DNA of 64,000 nucleotides from positions 1,856,001 through 1,920,000 of the forward strand of contig OZ241869.1 in assembly GCA_965202805.1 (NCBI GenBank), given 5' to 3'. The stretch is from Longimicrobiales bacterium. Its GTDB lineage: Bacteria > Gemmatimonadota > Gemmatimonadetes > Longimicrobiales > Gaopeijiaceae. A program made the translations under genes and the position numbers. The notes under the pieces are model-generated. The model was given only the letters and a program-made list of their open reading frames with translations, did no database searches and was not told where the DNA came from. This document shows, piece after piece, positions 36,917 to 48,390 of this stretch (the stretch's first letter is position 1; each line of letters opens with the position of its first letter).

Positions 36917-37309
36917 GTGGATGACGTAGTGATGACACTGGGACTGTTCGCAGCCGTCGTGGGGATCGTCTGGCTGAGGGCCAGGGTGCATCAGGCTCGG
37001 CTGGCCAGGCAGGCCGAGACCCAGCAGCAATTGCTGGCCAAGTTCCAGTCGGGCAGCGAACTCGTGGAGTTCATCGAAACGGAGGACGGCAAGCAGTTCC
37101 TGCGTCAGTTCGAGTCCGACCCGAATCGCATGATCCTGGTCGTTCTTTCCGCAGGAATCGTCTCGACGGTGCTGGGGTTCGGCCTCCTCGTGCTCATGAT
37201 CTGGGAAGACGGCTTTCTCTTCCCCGGCGTCGGGACGACGGCGCTCGGCGCCGGCCTCATCGCTGCGGCCATCATCTCGAAGAAGCTGTCGGACCAGTGG
37301 CGTCAGTAG
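36917..37309 (+). CDS. Hypothetical membrane protein co-transcribed with the ECF sigma factor
   Basis: Three TM segments and a GAGG RBS. It ends 3 nt before the sigma gene. Confidence 0.7.
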   Translation: MDDVVMTLGLFAAVVGIVWLRARVHQARLARQAETQQQLLAKFQSGSELVEFIETEDGKQFLRQFESDPNRMILVVLSAGIVSTVLGFGLLVLMIWEDGFLFPGVGTTALGAGLIAAAIISKKLSDQWRQ

Positions 37310-37312
37310 CGA

Positions 37313-37816
37313 ATGCATGAGGACGAGGCCGCGTTCCGCCGGGTCTACGAGCGTACGGCGCCGCGGCTTCGAGCGTACCTGCATCTGGCGGTGAGGGATC
37401 CGGCGCTGGCGGACGACGTTCTGCAGGAAGCCTACTACCGCCTGCTCCGGGCCGACATGAAGGATGCAGCCATCGGCCAGGTGAGGTCATACCTGTACAA
37501 GACGGCCCGGACGCTGGTTGCCGACCACGGACGGAGAGCGGGTCGCGAGCGAAGACGGCAACGGAGATGGAACTCGTCGGTTTCGGAGAGCCCGAGGCAT
37601 GACCTGACGCTCGACATGCAGCGCCTCTTCGCCCGGCTCTCGGAGAGGGAGCAGACGCTTCTCTGGCTCGCGTATGTGGAGGGTGCCAGCCACCGGGAGA
37701 TCGCAGCTTCATTGGGCATGCGGACGAACAGCGTCCGCGTCGTGCTCTACCGCGCGCGAAAGAGGTTGGCGGAGATTCTGGAGGGCCACGGATGGGGCCC
37801 GGAGGAGGCATCATGA
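37313..37816 (+). CDS. ECF RNA polymerase sigma factor
   Basis: ADDVLQEAY (region 2) and LSEREQ..L.L.Y.EG.SH.EIA..LG....SVRVVLYRAR (region 4). Confidence 0.92.
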   Translation: MHEDEAAFRRVYERTAPRLRAYLHLAVRDPALADDVLQEAYYRLLRADMKDAAIGQVRSYLYKTARTLVADHGRRAGRERRRQRRWNSSVSESPRHDLTLDMQRLFARLSEREQTLLWLAYVEGASHREIAASLGMRTNSVRVVLYRARKRLAEILEGHGWGPEEAS

Positions 37817-38307
37817 TACCGGATCCATGTCCCGGAGCGGAATCCGTGTCTGAAGGGGCACGGGCCGGAAGATCGAGCGAGGAGCTTGCGGCGCACCTGG
37901 CGGAGGGCGATTCGTCCCGGGAGTCCGGCCGAGTGGCTCGATGGATGGCCGAGCTCGCCGAGACGGTGAACGCCCGGGCGACTTCCCTGCCCGATCCCGG
38001 CCTCATCTGGCTCAAGGCGCGGATTCGCAAGCGGTCCGAGGAGTCGTGGAGCACACTGCTTCCGATAGGGGTTGCGTGTGGGGCGGCGGCCATCGGATTG
38101 GGAGCGATTGTCGCACGCCTTCCCGGAGCGATTCTCGCAGGCCTTCCGACGGAGGCCTGGAGGTGGCTCCAGGAATGGCTGCCGAGCGCAGGCATCCCGG
38201 GGTGGGAGCTTCCCAGCCTCGCGCCTCCCGGGCCACTTGCGATCGCGTGGATGCCCGCCGCCATCCTGCTGATGCTTCTTCTGGTGTTCACCGCCAGCGA
38301 AGCGTAA
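37813..38307 (+). CDS. Putative membrane-anchored anti-sigma factor
   Basis: ATGA overlap with the sigma gene, a ZAS-like N-terminus (LAAHLAEGDSSR) and two TM segments. Confidence 0.65.
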   Translation: MIPDPCPGAESVSEGARAGRSSEELAAHLAEGDSSRESGRVARWMAELAETVNARATSLPDPGLIWLKARIRKRSEESWSTLLPIGVACGAAAIGLGAIVARLPGAILAGLPTEAWRWLQEWLPSAGIPGWELPSLAPPGPLAIAWMPAAILLMLLLVFTASEA

Positions 38308-38396
38308 GCCGGTCCGGGGCCTTGGCCGGTCCGGGGCTCTAACCGGGCTCGGGCTCGGGATGGTGCTCCGGCTGCGCCGGGAGACGTGCCGGGCGC

Positions 38397-39752
38397 TCAC
38401 CGCACGTCGGTCGGCAGCCTCCGCACGACCACGCTTGGCACATCCAGGTCGTCAAGCTCGATAAACGCCGCCAGGCCGTCCGGGCCGAAGGCGTCGGGCA
38501 TACCGGTTTCGCCGCTACCATAGGTGCCGACGTATTCACCGGTGGCGGTCAGTACGTCGATCGGACCATCCTCGAGGACTTCGTCGCCCTCGCGCATGAC
38601 CCATATCCGCCCCTCCCATGTAGTGTGCAGCCGGCGGATTACGGGGATGACCGGATAGAAGGACTCCGCCCGAAGCTCGATGCCGATGCCGCTCGTGGGG
38701 GTGATGGACTGCGATCGCCGCTCTTCCATCTTCCTCCTGTACTCCCTCTCGATCCGCCGCGTCACCGGCTCGGGAGGAAAGGGCCGGATGATCGTCCTGA
38801 CCGTCCGCCCACCGCCGGGACCGGTGATCTTCAATGCATAGGCCGAAGAATCGGCGTAGACGATCGCTCCGTCCGGCAGCGCGGCCATGCGCACGGTCGG
38901 TTCGAAGACGGGAGGGGGAGAGAGTATGCTCGCGCTCGCTTCCAGTTGGCTGCGCAGCTCCCTGGACAAGAGGTCCGACACATCGCCGGGGCCGGTTACG
39001 TTGACGCTGCTCTGTCCGTCGCCGCGTGGGGGATTCCAGGCGCGCACGGCCACGCTGGTTTCGGCATCCTCTCCGCCGAGGCGATGATGCTCGATGGTCC
39101 GGAACCCCAGCCCCGGTTCTTCCGGTGCCGTGCCCTCGGGCGTCTCTGCGTCGCCCAGCGAGTACACGGCCCCACCGCGAGGATCCGCATGGATGGTCCG
39201 CACCACGGTGGACGTCACGGTCAGATTGCCCGCCTGACGGCGCGTCGTCGCCGGGCGCATGCGAACCATGCGCAGGAATTCGCCGGAAGGACCGAAGAGC
39301 TGGTACGCGTTATGCCCCATATCGCTTATGACCACTGTACCGTCGCGTAGAACCGCGTAGCTGCCGGGCCGCCGGAATTCCCCCGGTCCTCCGCCCATGG
39401 ATCCGAAGTCGCGCAGGTAGGCGCCCGAGCTGTCGAAGATGACGACGCGCAGATCCGCACGGGCGACATCGGCCGCACGATCGAACACGTAGAGGTTGCC
39501 CTCGGCGTCGAAGGCCACCCTGGCGATCCATGAGAAGGTCTCCCAGTACGCGCCGTCCACGACGCCGACCCGGTAGACCTCCTCGAACTCGGGGACGATT
39601 CGGTGATCCCGGCCGGGCAGTTCGATGACCGCCTGTGCATGGAGGGCGGGGGACCCGATAGCGAGGATCATCCCCGGGAGGATCATGCCGGGGAGGATCA
39701 GGCCCGCGAGGATCAGGCCCGGAGCGAATTCACGAAGCCGCGTAGGCGTCAT
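38397..39752 (-). CDS. Secreted 6-bladed beta-propeller protein
   Basis: [13 protein letters not shown] and [17 protein letters not shown]-like repeats. ATGA overlap with the upstream peptidase. Confidence 0.8.
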   Translation of the reverse strand: MTPTRLREFAPGLILAGLILPGMILPGMILAIGSPALHAQAVIELPGRDHRIVPEFEEVYRVGVVDGAYWETFSWIARVAFDAEGNLYVFDRAADVARADLRVVIFDSSGAYLRDFGSMGGGPGEFRRPGSYAVLRDGTVVISDMGHNAYQLFGPSGEFLRMVRMRPATTRRQAGNLTVTSTVVRTIHADPRGGAVYSLGDAETPEGTAPEEPGLGFRTIEHHRLGGEDAETSVAVRAWNPPRGDGQSSVNVTGPGDVSDLLSRELRSQLEASASILSPPPVFEPTVRMAALPDGAIVYADSSAYALKITGPGGGRTVRTIIRPFPPEPVTRRIEREYRRKMEERRSQSITPTSGIGIELRAESFYPVIPVIRRLHTTWEGRIWVMREGDEVLEDGPIDVLTATGEYVGTYGSGETGMPDAFGPDGLAAFIELDDLDVPSVVVRRLPTDVR

Positions 39753-41167
39753 CGCAGCAGCGCCTCCAGCTCCTCGGGCGATCGCGGCAGCGAGGCGGTC
39801 AGGATTTCCGCGCCGTCCTCGGTGACCAGGATCACGTCCTCCACGAAGACCGCGATGCCGATGTCGTGGTTGTAGTACCAGGGCTCGACGGTGAAGACCA
39901 TGCCGGGCGCGAGCGGCTCGTCCATGAGCGCGGGGTCGCCCGCCGACAGGCCGATGTGGTGGCCGAAGAACGAACCCGTCTGCATGTGGGGCTCCTCTTC
40001 GTCGGGAATGGCGGCGTAGGCCACGGAGGTGAGTTCGCGCAGGGTGACGCCGGGCCGGACCGCGGCGATGATCGCGTCGGCGGCCCGCGTGCTTACCAGC
40101 AGCTTCTCCCGCTGGATGTCCGTGAAGGTCCCGTTTACCGGGAAGGTGCGCCCGACGTCGCTGATGTAGCCGTCCACCTCGCAGCCGACGTCGAGGATCA
40201 CCAGGTCGCCGTCCTCCATTCTGCGGTTGCGGCGGTCGTAGTGGGCCGCCAGCAGACGCCAGGGCCACAGGCTGTTGGGACCTGACTTGATGATGGGCGT
40301 GAAGGGGAGCGATTGGGACCCGAAGGTGCGGCAGGTATTCTCGAACTCCCCCTGAAGCGTGCGCTCGTCGACGCCGGGACGGATGCGCCAGGCGACCGAC
40401 TGGATGCCCGCCATGGTCGCGTCGGCGGCGACGCGCATGTGATCGATTTCGGCAGGGGTCTTGATCATGCGCAGGCGCGCGATGACGTCGAAGGCATTGG
40501 CGATTTCCGCGTCCGGATAGTCGGTGCTCAGCCGGAGGGTGAGCGATGCCGTCGCGTCCAGGCTTCCGATCAGCGGGACGGCCGGGGGCGTGATCTCCCC
40601 GGTCGATCCCGAGTTCACCCGCAGGACCGCTCCGCCACGCACCCGCGTCCCGAGGAAGGCGTCGAGGTCGGCGATGTCCCGGTACTCGTCGATGCCCGCG
40701 ATGCTGCGCAGCTGATAGTCGGTGAGAAGCGGGCGCCCGGGGAAGTCGTTGGGCCGCCCCGGATTCTCGAAACGCGGGTCCCGCCGGGGCATGAAGAGGA
40801 TCGAGCGGTCCCGGTCGGCGTCGAGAACCAGCATGGAATGCACGACCTCGAGGCCGGTCAGGTACCAGAAATCCTCCAGCTGCCGGAAGGTCTCGCCGCG
40901 GGTGACACCATCGGAGGACGGCGTGAGCAGGAGTCCGCCCCCGCTGGCGCGCAGGCCGTCCAGGATGCGCGCGCGGCGGTACGCGTACTCCTGGGCCCGG
41001 AATTCCAGCCGGGTCCAGTCGGTGTAGCGCTGCTCGGGGGTCTGGGCGGCGAGGGGTGCCGCCAGGACCGGGATGCCTCCATCCGGGCCGCTGCCGACGG
41101 ACAGAACGGGGCTCGCGCATGCGAGAATGGGCACGATGACGCCGCGGCGAAGCACTCTGGCCGACAT
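39749..41167 (-). CDS. Xaa-Pro aminopeptidase (M24B)
   Basis: [37 protein letters not shown] and FVEDVILVT motifs. Confidence 0.92.
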   Translation of the reverse strand: MSARVLRRGVIVPILACASPVLSVGSGPDGGIPVLAAPLAAQTPEQRYTDWTRLEFRAQEYAYRRARILDGLRASGGGLLLTPSSDGVTRGETFRQLEDFWYLTGLEVVHSMLVLDADRDRSILFMPRRDPRFENPGRPNDFPGRPLLTDYQLRSIAGIDEYRDIADLDAFLGTRVRGGAVLRVNSGSTGEITPPAVPLIGSLDATASLTLRLSTDYPDAEIANAFDVIARLRMIKTPAEIDHMRVAADATMAGIQSVAWRIRPGVDERTLQGEFENTCRTFGSQSLPFTPIIKSGPNSLWPWRLLAAHYDRRNRRMEDGDLVILDVGCEVDGYISDVGRTFPVNGTFTDIQREKLLVSTRAADAIIAAVRPGVTLRELTSVAYAAIPDEEEPHMQTGSFFGHHIGLSAGDPALMDEPLAPGMVFTVEPWYYNHDIGIAVFVEDVILVTEDGAEILTASLPRSPEELEALLR

Positions 41168-41395
41168 GATTCACGATCCCCTGTCGAAAGACTGATGCGG
41201 TTCCGGGCAACTTGGCAGCCGGGGCGGGCGCCGTCCATGGCGCGCGGCACCGGGGCAGCCGAACGCCGACGGGTCCGTGCGTGTCCGGCAAGGGGAGCGG
41301 GCGTCGGAAATCGGCATCCCGGCGCCCCTACTCCACAGCGTGGGAAGACGGTACACTTTCCCGTCCCTGCACACTATCGCCCGAGGATCACTACG

Positions 41396-44300
41396 ATGGA
41401 CGACCTTCGTTTCCGAACCCGTCAGGCGTGCTCGCGCGCCGGCCGCACGTTCTCCCGCTGCCTCCGTGGACTGCCGGTCTTCGCCGCGCTCGCCGCGCTG
41501 CTCCCGCTTGCGTCCACGGTGGGCCCCCCCGCCTCCTCCGCGGACGGCTTCTCGACCGGGGACCCGCCCCGCGCCGGCGAGGTCGCCCGCTTCCTGCTGC
41601 CCGGTGCGCTCCACGCCCAGGAGGCCGACGCGGACGACCCGGCGGAGCTCAACTCCGGCCTGCTCTCGTCCTTCAGATGGCGGAGCATCGGGCCCGCGGT
41701 TGCATCGGGGCGCATCGCCGACATCGCCATCGACCCGACCGACCGCAGCACCTGGTACGTCGCGGCCTCCTCCGGGAACGTCTGGAAGACCACCAACGCG
41801 GGCACCACCTGGACTCCCATCTTCGACGACTACGGGTCGTACTCCATCGGGGCCATCGCGCTCGACCCGAACGACCATCTCACCCTCTGGGTGGGCACCG
41901 GCGAGAACAACGGCCAGCGCTCGGTGGGCTACGGCGACGGCGTCTACAAGTCGGTCGACGGGGGGCGCTCGTTTGCGAACATGGGACTCGAGACCTCCGA
42001 GCACATCGGCATGATCGCGGTGCATCCCGACGACTCGCGCACCGTCTTCGTGGCGGCGCAGGGGCCGCTCTGGAACGCGGGCGGGGAGCGCGGGCTCTAC
42101 CGGACGCGGGACGGCGGCGAGAGCTGGGAGCGGGTGCTCGAGATCGACGAGCACACGGGAGTGAACGAGGTCTACTTCGACCCGCGCAACCCCGACGTGA
42201 TGTACGCGTCCTCGTGGCAGCGGCGCCGGCACCAGTGGACGATGATCGACGGGGGCCCGGGCTCGGGCATCCACAAGTCCACCGACGGAGGCGAGACCTG
42301 GCGGGCCATCAACCGCGGACTGCCCTCGGGGGACAAGGGCCGTATCGGGATGGCGATTTCGCCGATCAACCCGGACGTACTGTACGCGATCGTCGAGGCG
42401 TCGGGGAACGACGGCGGGACTTTCCGCTCGGAGAACATGGGCGAGAACTGGAGCCGCACGTCACGCTACCAGTCGACCGCGCCGATGTACTATCACGAGC
42501 TCTATGCCGACCCGCATCGCTTCGACCGCATCTATGCCATGGACACGTTCCTGGAGACGTCCGACGACGGCGGCGAGACCTGGAGCCGGCTGCCCACGCA
42601 GAGCGTGCACGTGGACCATCACGCCATCGCCTTCGACCCGGACGATCCCGAGCATCTGATACTGGGGAATGACGGGGGACTGTACGAGACCTTCGACTTC
42701 GGGGAGAACTGGAGCCACTTCACCAATCTTCCTCTCACCCAGTACTACAAGGTCGCGACCTCCAACGACGAGCCCTTCTATTACGTCTATGGCGGGACGC
42801 AGGACAACAATACCATGGGCGGGCCCTCGCAGACGCTGGGGGGCGGCATCCGCAACTCGGACTGGTATGTGACGCTGGGGGGCGACGGTTTCGATCCGGT
42901 CGTGGATCCCGAGAACCCCGACATCATCTATTCACAGTTGCAGCACGGGGTGCTGTCGCGCTTCGACCGGGGGAGCAAGGAGCGGCTCGATATTCAGCCC
43001 CAGGCCGACCCCGGCGGGCCGCCGCTGCGCTGGTACTGGGATGCGGGGCTGATCATGTCGCCGCACGACAATAACCGGCTCTATTTCGGGGCCCAGATCC
43101 TCTTCCGGAGCGACGACCAGGGCTCGAGCTGGCGCGCGGTCTCCGGGGATCTGTCGCGCAATATCGACCGCAATCAACTGGAGGTCATGGGGCGCGTGTG
43201 GAGCGTCGACGCCGTGGGCAAGAACCGGTCGACGTCGGTGTTCGGGCACATTGTGGCGATCTCCGAGTCGCCGCTGGTCGAGGGCCTCATCTATGTGGGC
43301 ACCGACGACGGCCTGGTGCAGGTCACCGAGGACGGGGGCGAGACCTGGCGGGAGATCGCGAGCCTGCCGGGCGTGCCGGACACGAGCTTCGTGCACGACG
43401 TGGAGGCTTCCCTGCACGATCCCGACGCCGTCTTCGCCGTGGTGAACAACTTCAAGCGCGGCGACTTCCGCCCCTACGTCCTGAAGTCGGAGGACCGCGG
43501 GCGGAGCTGGACCTCGATTACCGGCGGCCTGCCCGACAACAGCCCCTCCTTCTCGATCGTTCAGGACCACGTCGAGCCCGACCTCCTCTTCCTGGGGGCC
43601 GAATTCGGGGCCTTCGTGTCGGTGGACGGGGGCGAGTCGTGGATGGAATTCGACAGCGGGCTGCCCACGATTCCCGTGCGCGACCTGGAGATCCAGCAGC
43701 GCGAGGGCGACCTGGTGGCGGCGACCTTCGGGCGCAGCTTCTACGTCGTCGACGACTACACGCCGCTGCGCGAGCTGGCGCGGGGGTCGGAGGCCATCCT
43801 CGCGTCCGGGGGACACCTGTTCGAGGTGGCCGATGGTGACATGTACGTGCCCTGGAACCCCGGCGGGGCGAACGGGGCCGACTTCTATGCCGCGGACAAT
43901 CCGGAACTGGGCGTGACCTTCACCTACTGGGTCGGCGAGACGCTGCGCACCCGGCGGGCCGAGCGGCAGGCCGAGGAGAGGCGGGCCGCGGGGCGGGGCG
44001 AGGACACCCCGTACCCGTCCTGGGAGGAGCTGCGGGAGGAGGACCGCGAGGAGGCGCCGCGCGTGTTCCTTACGGTGCGCGACGGCGGCGGCGAGGTGGT
44101 GAACGTGGTCGGCGGCTCGACGTCGCGGGGCGTCCACCGGGCGGTCTGGAACTACCGCTACCCCGCGTACACGCCCGTGACCGGCGGAGGTGGCGGGGGC
44201 GGCTTCGGCGGCGGCAACGGGCCGATGGCGCTGCCGGGCAGCTACACGGTGTCGCTCGCGCAGCGGGTGGACGGGGAGGTGACCGAGCTGGCCGGCCCGG

Positions 44301-44830
44301 TCCCCTTCGAGATCGCCCCGCTCGCCACGCCCGTCATCGCCGCCCAGGACCGGGCGGCCGTGCTGGCCTTCCAGCGCGAGACCGGTGAGCTCCTGCGCGC
44401 CGTCACGGGTTCGCAGCGCGCGGCCGCGGGGGCCGCCCAGCGGATCGGCGCCGTCAAGCAGGCGCTCGAGCGCTGGCCCGCCGCGCCGGACGGGCTCATG
44501 GGCGAGGCTCGGACCCTGGAACTGCGCCTGTTCGACCTGCGCGAGACCCTCGACGGCTCACGCACGCGGGCCTCGCGCGCCGAGCCGGATCTGCCGGGGA
44601 TCGCCGGGCGGGTCAACCAGGTCGTGCGCGGGCACTGGAACGGCACCCACGGGCCCACGGGAACCCACCGCGAGCAGTACCGCGTCGCGCGCGAGGCCTT
44701 CAGCGCCATGTACCCCGAGCTGCAGCGGCTGGTCGAGACCGACCTTCCCGCGCTGGAGGGGCGGCTGGAGGCGGCGGGGGTGCCGTGGACGACCGGGCGC
44801 GCGCTGCCGAGCTGGCCGCCGGGGGGTTAG
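41396..44830 (+). CDS. Secreted VPS10/sortilin-like BNR(Asp-box) repeat protein, putative glycosyl hydrolase
   Basis: WRSIGP..SGRI, multiple S.DGG.TW Asp-boxes and GGTQDN. Confidence 0.88.
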   Translation: MDDLRFRTRQACSRAGRTFSRCLRGLPVFAALAALLPLASTVGPPASSADGFSTGDPPRAGEVARFLLPGALHAQEADADDPAELNSGLLSSFRWRSIGPAVASGRIADIAIDPTDRSTWYVAASSGNVWKTTNAGTTWTPIFDDYGSYSIGAIALDPNDHLTLWVGTGENNGQRSVGYGDGVYKSVDGGRSFANMGLETSEHIGMIAVHPDDSRTVFVAAQGPLWNAGGERGLYRTRDGGESWERVLEIDEHTGVNEVYFDPRNPDVMYASSWQRRRHQWTMIDGGPGSGIHKSTDGGETWRAINRGLPSGDKGRIGMAISPINPDVLYAIVEASGNDGGTFRSENMGENWSRTSRYQSTAPMYYHELYADPHRFDRIYAMDTFLETSDDGGETWSRLPTQSVHVDHHAIAFDPDDPEHLILGNDGGLYETFDFGENWSHFTNLPLTQYYKVATSNDEPFYYVYGGTQDNNTMGGPSQTLGGGIRNSDWYVTLGGDGFDPVVDPENPDIIYSQLQHGVLSRFDRGSKERLDIQPQADPGGPPLRWYWDAGLIMSPHDNNRLYFGAQILFRSDDQGSSWRAVSGDLSRNIDRNQLEVMGRVWSVDAVGKNRSTSVFGHIVAISESPLVEGLIYVGTDDGLVQVTEDGGETWREIASLPGVPDTSFVHDVEASLHDPDAVFAVVNNFKRGDFRPYVLKSEDRGRSWTSITGGLPDNSPSFSIVQDHVEPDLLFLGAEFGAFVSVDGGESWMEFDSGLPTIPVRDLEIQQREGDLVAATFGRSFYVVDDYTPLRELARGSEAILASGGHLFEVADGDMYVPWNPGGANGADFYAADNPELGVTFTYWVGETLRTRRAERQAEERRAAGRGEDTPYPSWEELREEDREEAPRVFLTVRDGGGEVVNVVGGSTSRGVHRAVWNYRYPAYTPVTGGGGGGGFGGGNGPMALPGSYTVSLAQRVDGEVTELAGPVPFEIAPLATPVIAAQDRAAVLAFQRETGELLRAVTGSQRAAAGAAQRIGAVKQALERWPAAPDGLMGEARTLELRLFDLRETLDGSRTRASRAEPDLPGIAGRVNQVVRGHWNGTHGPTGTHREQYRVAREAFSAMYPELQRLVETDLPALEGRLEAAGVPWTTGRALPSWPPGG

Positions 44831-44837
44831 ATCTCCC

Positions 44838-46484
44838 TCACCCGATCAGCTGCTCGTTCCCCGCACCGCGCTTCTTCAGGAGCCCGACGGCGACCGCGCG
44901 CGCGTCATCGAGCGTCCTCACGACCTGCTTCCGGGGCACGCCGTCCAGGATATCCAGGGTCCTGAGCGTCTCCGCCGGCTTGCCCGAGAGCCCCATCACG
45001 ATGACCTCGGTCTCCTCGCGCCCGGCGACGTCCAGGAGCTGCAGGATGAGCATCGCGGCGCTGTCGTCGAGGTAGGACACGTTGGTGAAGTCGAAGATGG
45101 TGACTTCGTGCTCCTTGATGTCTCCGCCGATCACGGCAACCAGCTTGTGCGCGGACGCGACGGTGAAGCTCCCCTTCAGGGCGACCAGGCCGACCCGGGC
45201 CGAGTACCAGTCCATGACCGCCGGATCCTCGTGTTCGGCGAAGAACATCTGATCGAGCAGGGGCACGGACACCACGCTGTCCAGCTCCAGGCTCTCCAAC
45301 TGCTGTGAATGGGCCATGCCGGCCACGATGAGCCCGATCGCGACGCCGGTCATCAGGTCCACGAACACCGTCAGCCCCAGCGTGACCAGCATGACGATCA
45401 TGTGCTCCCGCCGGAGGTGGTGGATGCGGGCGAGCATGCGCCAGTCGATGATGTCCCACCCCACCTTGATCAGGATGGCGGCGAGGACGGCGTGGGGAAT
45501 CGGCTCCACGAACTGGCCCAGCCCCAGGAGAAGACCCAGGACCAGCGCCGCGCGCAGGGCGCCGGAGACCGGTGTGCTGCCCCCGGCCCGGATGTTGACC
45601 ACCGTGCCCATGGTCGCCCCGGCGCCCGGCAGCCCGCCGATGAGCCCGGAGGCGATGTTGCCGATGCCCTGCCCGACCAGTTCGCGGTTGGCCTCGTGGC
45701 GAGTGCCGGTGATGGAGTCGGCGACCAGCGACGTCAGGAGGCTGTCCACCGAGCCCAGGATCGCGAGAATGAGCGCCGGCTGAACCGCGCTCACCAGGAA
45801 TCCCAGGGACGGCATCGTGAACTGAAGCGTCGGCAGGCCCGTCGGTATCTCGCCGATGACGGGGATGCCTCCCAGCCACAGGACTCCCGCCGTGGTTCCC
45901 ACGACGAGTGCGACCAGCGGGGGCGGGATCAGCTTCGCGTAGCGCTTCGGCCACACCAGGCTGGCTGCCAGCGTGAGCACCCCGATCGCCACCGCGGTCG
46001 TGTTCGCGGTCGCAAGCGCCTCCGGCATGGCCCGCAACGCGCCCATCGCCCCGCCGGCAGCCGGGGGCAGTCCGAGGAACGGCAGGCTCTGAATCATCAT
46101 GATGATGATGCCGATCCCGGACATGAAGCCGGACACCACCACCGCCGGCGTATAGGCCACGAAGCGCCCGATCCTGAGCACGCCCATGGCGATCTGCAGC
46201 AGCCCCGCCATGATCACGACGATCATGGCCTCCGCGAGCGTGGCGGAGTGCGTGGTGAGGATCGCCGCCATGGCGACGGTCATGGGCGCCGTGGGCCCCG
46301 AGATCTGTGATCGCGTGCCGCCGAACACCGCCGCGAAGAACCCCACCGCGATCGCGCTGTAGAGCCCCGCGGCCGCTCCCAGCCCCGACGCCACGCCGAA
46401 GGCCAGCGCCACCGGCAGCGCCACGATGGCCGAGGTGACCCCGCCGAAGAAGTCCCCGCGCAGCCTCTGATAGTCGTATGTCAT
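44838..46484 (-). CDS. SulP family anion transporter with STAS domain
   Basis: [36 protein letters not shown] and a C-terminal STAS (YLDDSA). Confidence 0.92.
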   Translation of the reverse strand: MTYDYQRLRGDFFGGVTSAIVALPVALAFGVASGLGAAAGLYSAIAVGFFAAVFGGTRSQISGPTAPMTVAMAAILTTHSATLAEAMIVVIMAGLLQIAMGVLRIGRFVAYTPAVVVSGFMSGIGIIIMMIQSLPFLGLPPAAGGAMGALRAMPEALATANTTAVAIGVLTLAASLVWPKRYAKLIPPPLVALVVGTTAGVLWLGGIPVIGEIPTGLPTLQFTMPSLGFLVSAVQPALILAILGSVDSLLTSLVADSITGTRHEANRELVGQGIGNIASGLIGGLPGAGATMGTVVNIRAGGSTPVSGALRAALVLGLLLGLGQFVEPIPHAVLAAILIKVGWDIIDWRMLARIHHLRREHMIVMLVTLGLTVFVDLMTGVAIGLIVAGMAHSQQLESLELDSVVSVPLLDQMFFAEHEDPAVMDWYSARVGLVALKGSFTVASAHKLVAVIGGDIKEHEVTIFDFTNVSYLDDSAAMLILQLLDVAGREETEVIVMGLSGKPAETLRTLDILDGVPRKQVVRTLDDARAVAVGLLKKRGAGNEQLIG

Positions 46485-48295
46485 GCAGTCCCCCGCTCCG
46501 CCTTGGCGATCACGGCCAGAAAGTCCTCACCGTAACGCTCCAGTTTGGTTTCGCCCACCCCGGTAATGCCAGCCAGCTCCTCCGGCGTGCCCGGACGGCG
46601 CTCGACCATCTCGCGCAGGGTGGCGTCGTGAAAGATGACGTATGGCGGCACACCCTGGGCCCGCGCCAGTTCCAGACGATGGGCGCGCAGCGCCTCCCAC
46701 AGCCCTTCATCCCACGTCGCCGGGTCGGGAGGCGGCCGCTCCGCCCGGGGCTTGCGCTTGCGGCTGGCCGCCGGCGGGCGCACGTCCCGGCGCATGCGCA
46801 CCGGCGTCTCGCCCCGCAGCACCGGCCAGCTCTCGTCGGTGAGCCGGATCGAGCCGAATCCCTCCATGTCGACCCACAGCAGGCCGCGCGCGACGAGTTG
46901 GCGGAACACCGAGCGCCACTCGTAGGGACCCAGGTCGGCGCCTACCCCCCAGGTCGGAAGGCGGTCGTGCCCGAAGCGCCGGATGCGGTCCGTTTCCCTG
47001 CCCCGCAGGACATCGATGAGGTACGCGGCGCCGAAGCGCTGGCCGGTGCGATACACGCACGACATGGCCTTCTGGGACGCCTCCGTCGCATCCCAGGTAT
47101 CGACCGGCGTCAGGCAGTTGTCGCAGTTGCCGCAGGGCTCGGGCATGGTCTCGCCGAAGTACGCGAGCACGGTCTGGCGGCGGCAGGTGGTGAGCTCGCA
47201 GTAGCCCAGCATCGCATCGAGCTTGCGCACCTCCAGCCGCTTGCGCGCCTCGCCCGCTTCCGATCCCTCCACCATGTTGCGCAGGGTCACGACCTCCTGA
47301 AGCCCGTACACCATCCATGCGCTGGCGGGGAGCCCGTCGCGTCCCGCGCGTCCCGTCTCCTGGTAGTAGGCCTCGATGCTTTTCGGCAGGTCGAGATGGG
47401 CCACGAAGCGGACGTTGGACTTGTCGATGCCCATGCCGAAGGCGATGGTCGCCACCATGACCACGCCCTCCTCGCGCTGGAAGCGGTCCTGGTTGCGCCG
47501 GCGTTCGGCGGCCCCGAGCCCCGCGTGATAGGGGAGGGCGTCCACCCCCTCGCCCTTAAGCCATTCCGCGGTGGCGTCCACCTTCTTCCGCGAGAGGCAG
47601 TAGACGATGCCCGCGTCGCCCCGGTGATGCATGTCGAGGAACCGACGGAACTGGGCGCGCGCATTGTTTTTCGGGACGACGCTGTAGCGGATGTTGGGGC
47701 GGTCGAAGCCGCTCACGAAGACGGGGGCGCCCCCGAGCCCGAGGCGGTCGACGATCTCGCGCCGGGTCAGCTCGTCGGCGGTGGCGGTGAGCGCGATGCG
47801 GGGCACGTCGGGGAAGTGCTCGCGCAGGGTGGAGAGCTGGAGGTACTCGGGGCGGAAATCGTGCCCCCACTGCGACACGCAGTGCGCCTCGTCGATGGCG
47901 AAAAGGGACAGCCGGGCCCGGGCCAGGAGGTTGAGCGTGCGCTCGCCGAGCAGGCGCTCGGGGGCGACATAGAGCAGATCCAGCTGCCCCGCGCGCACGG
48001 CGGCTTCCCCGTCCAGCACCTCCCGGTAGGAGAGGGAGGAGTTGAGGCAGGCGGCGCGCACCCCCAGTTGGCGCAGCGCCTCCACCTGGTCGCGCATCAG
48101 GGCGATGAGGGGCGAGACCACGACCCCGGTGCCCTCGCGCACGATGCCGGGAATCTGGTAGCAGAGGGACTTGCCGCCTCCGGTGGGCATGAGCACCAGG
48201 CAGTCGCCCCCGTCCACCATGTGGCGGATGATCTCCTCCTGCTGCCCCCGGAAGTCGGGGTAGCCGAAGGTGCGCTCGAGGACCGTTCGGATCAT
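46481..48295 (-). CDS. recQ: ATP-dependent DNA helicase RecQ
   Basis: [37 protein letters not shown], the CGNCDNC Zn site, and RQC and HRDC domains. Confidence 0.97.
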   Translation of the reverse strand: MIRTVLERTFGYPDFRGQQEEIIRHMVDGGDCLVLMPTGGGKSLCYQIPGIVREGTGVVVSPLIALMRDQVEALRQLGVRAACLNSSLSYREVLDGEAAVRAGQLDLLYVAPERLLGERTLNLLARARLSLFAIDEAHCVSQWGHDFRPEYLQLSTLREHFPDVPRIALTATADELTRREIVDRLGLGGAPVFVSGFDRPNIRYSVVPKNNARAQFRRFLDMHHRGDAGIVYCLSRKKVDATAEWLKGEGVDALPYHAGLGAAERRRNQDRFQREEGVVMVATIAFGMGIDKSNVRFVAHLDLPKSIEAYYQETGRAGRDGLPASAWMVYGLQEVVTLRNMVEGSEAGEARKRLEVRKLDAMLGYCELTTCRRQTVLAYFGETMPEPCGNCDNCLTPVDTWDATEASQKAMSCVYRTGQRFGAAYLIDVLRGRETDRIRRFGHDRLPTWGVGADLGPYEWRSVFRQLVARGLLWVDMEGFGSIRLTDESWPVLRGETPVRMRRDVRPPAASRKRKPRAERPPPDPATWDEGLWEALRAHRLELARAQGVPPYVIFHDATLREMVERRPGTPEELAGITGVGETKLERYGEDFLAVIAKAERGTA

Positions 48296-48390
48296 CCCGG
48301 CCTCATCGCCGAACGGGCGCCGCCCCGGCAGTCAGCGTCACCTGAGCCGCCGGACGACATCCCCGCCGGCGCGACCCGCTACGCGACCGG

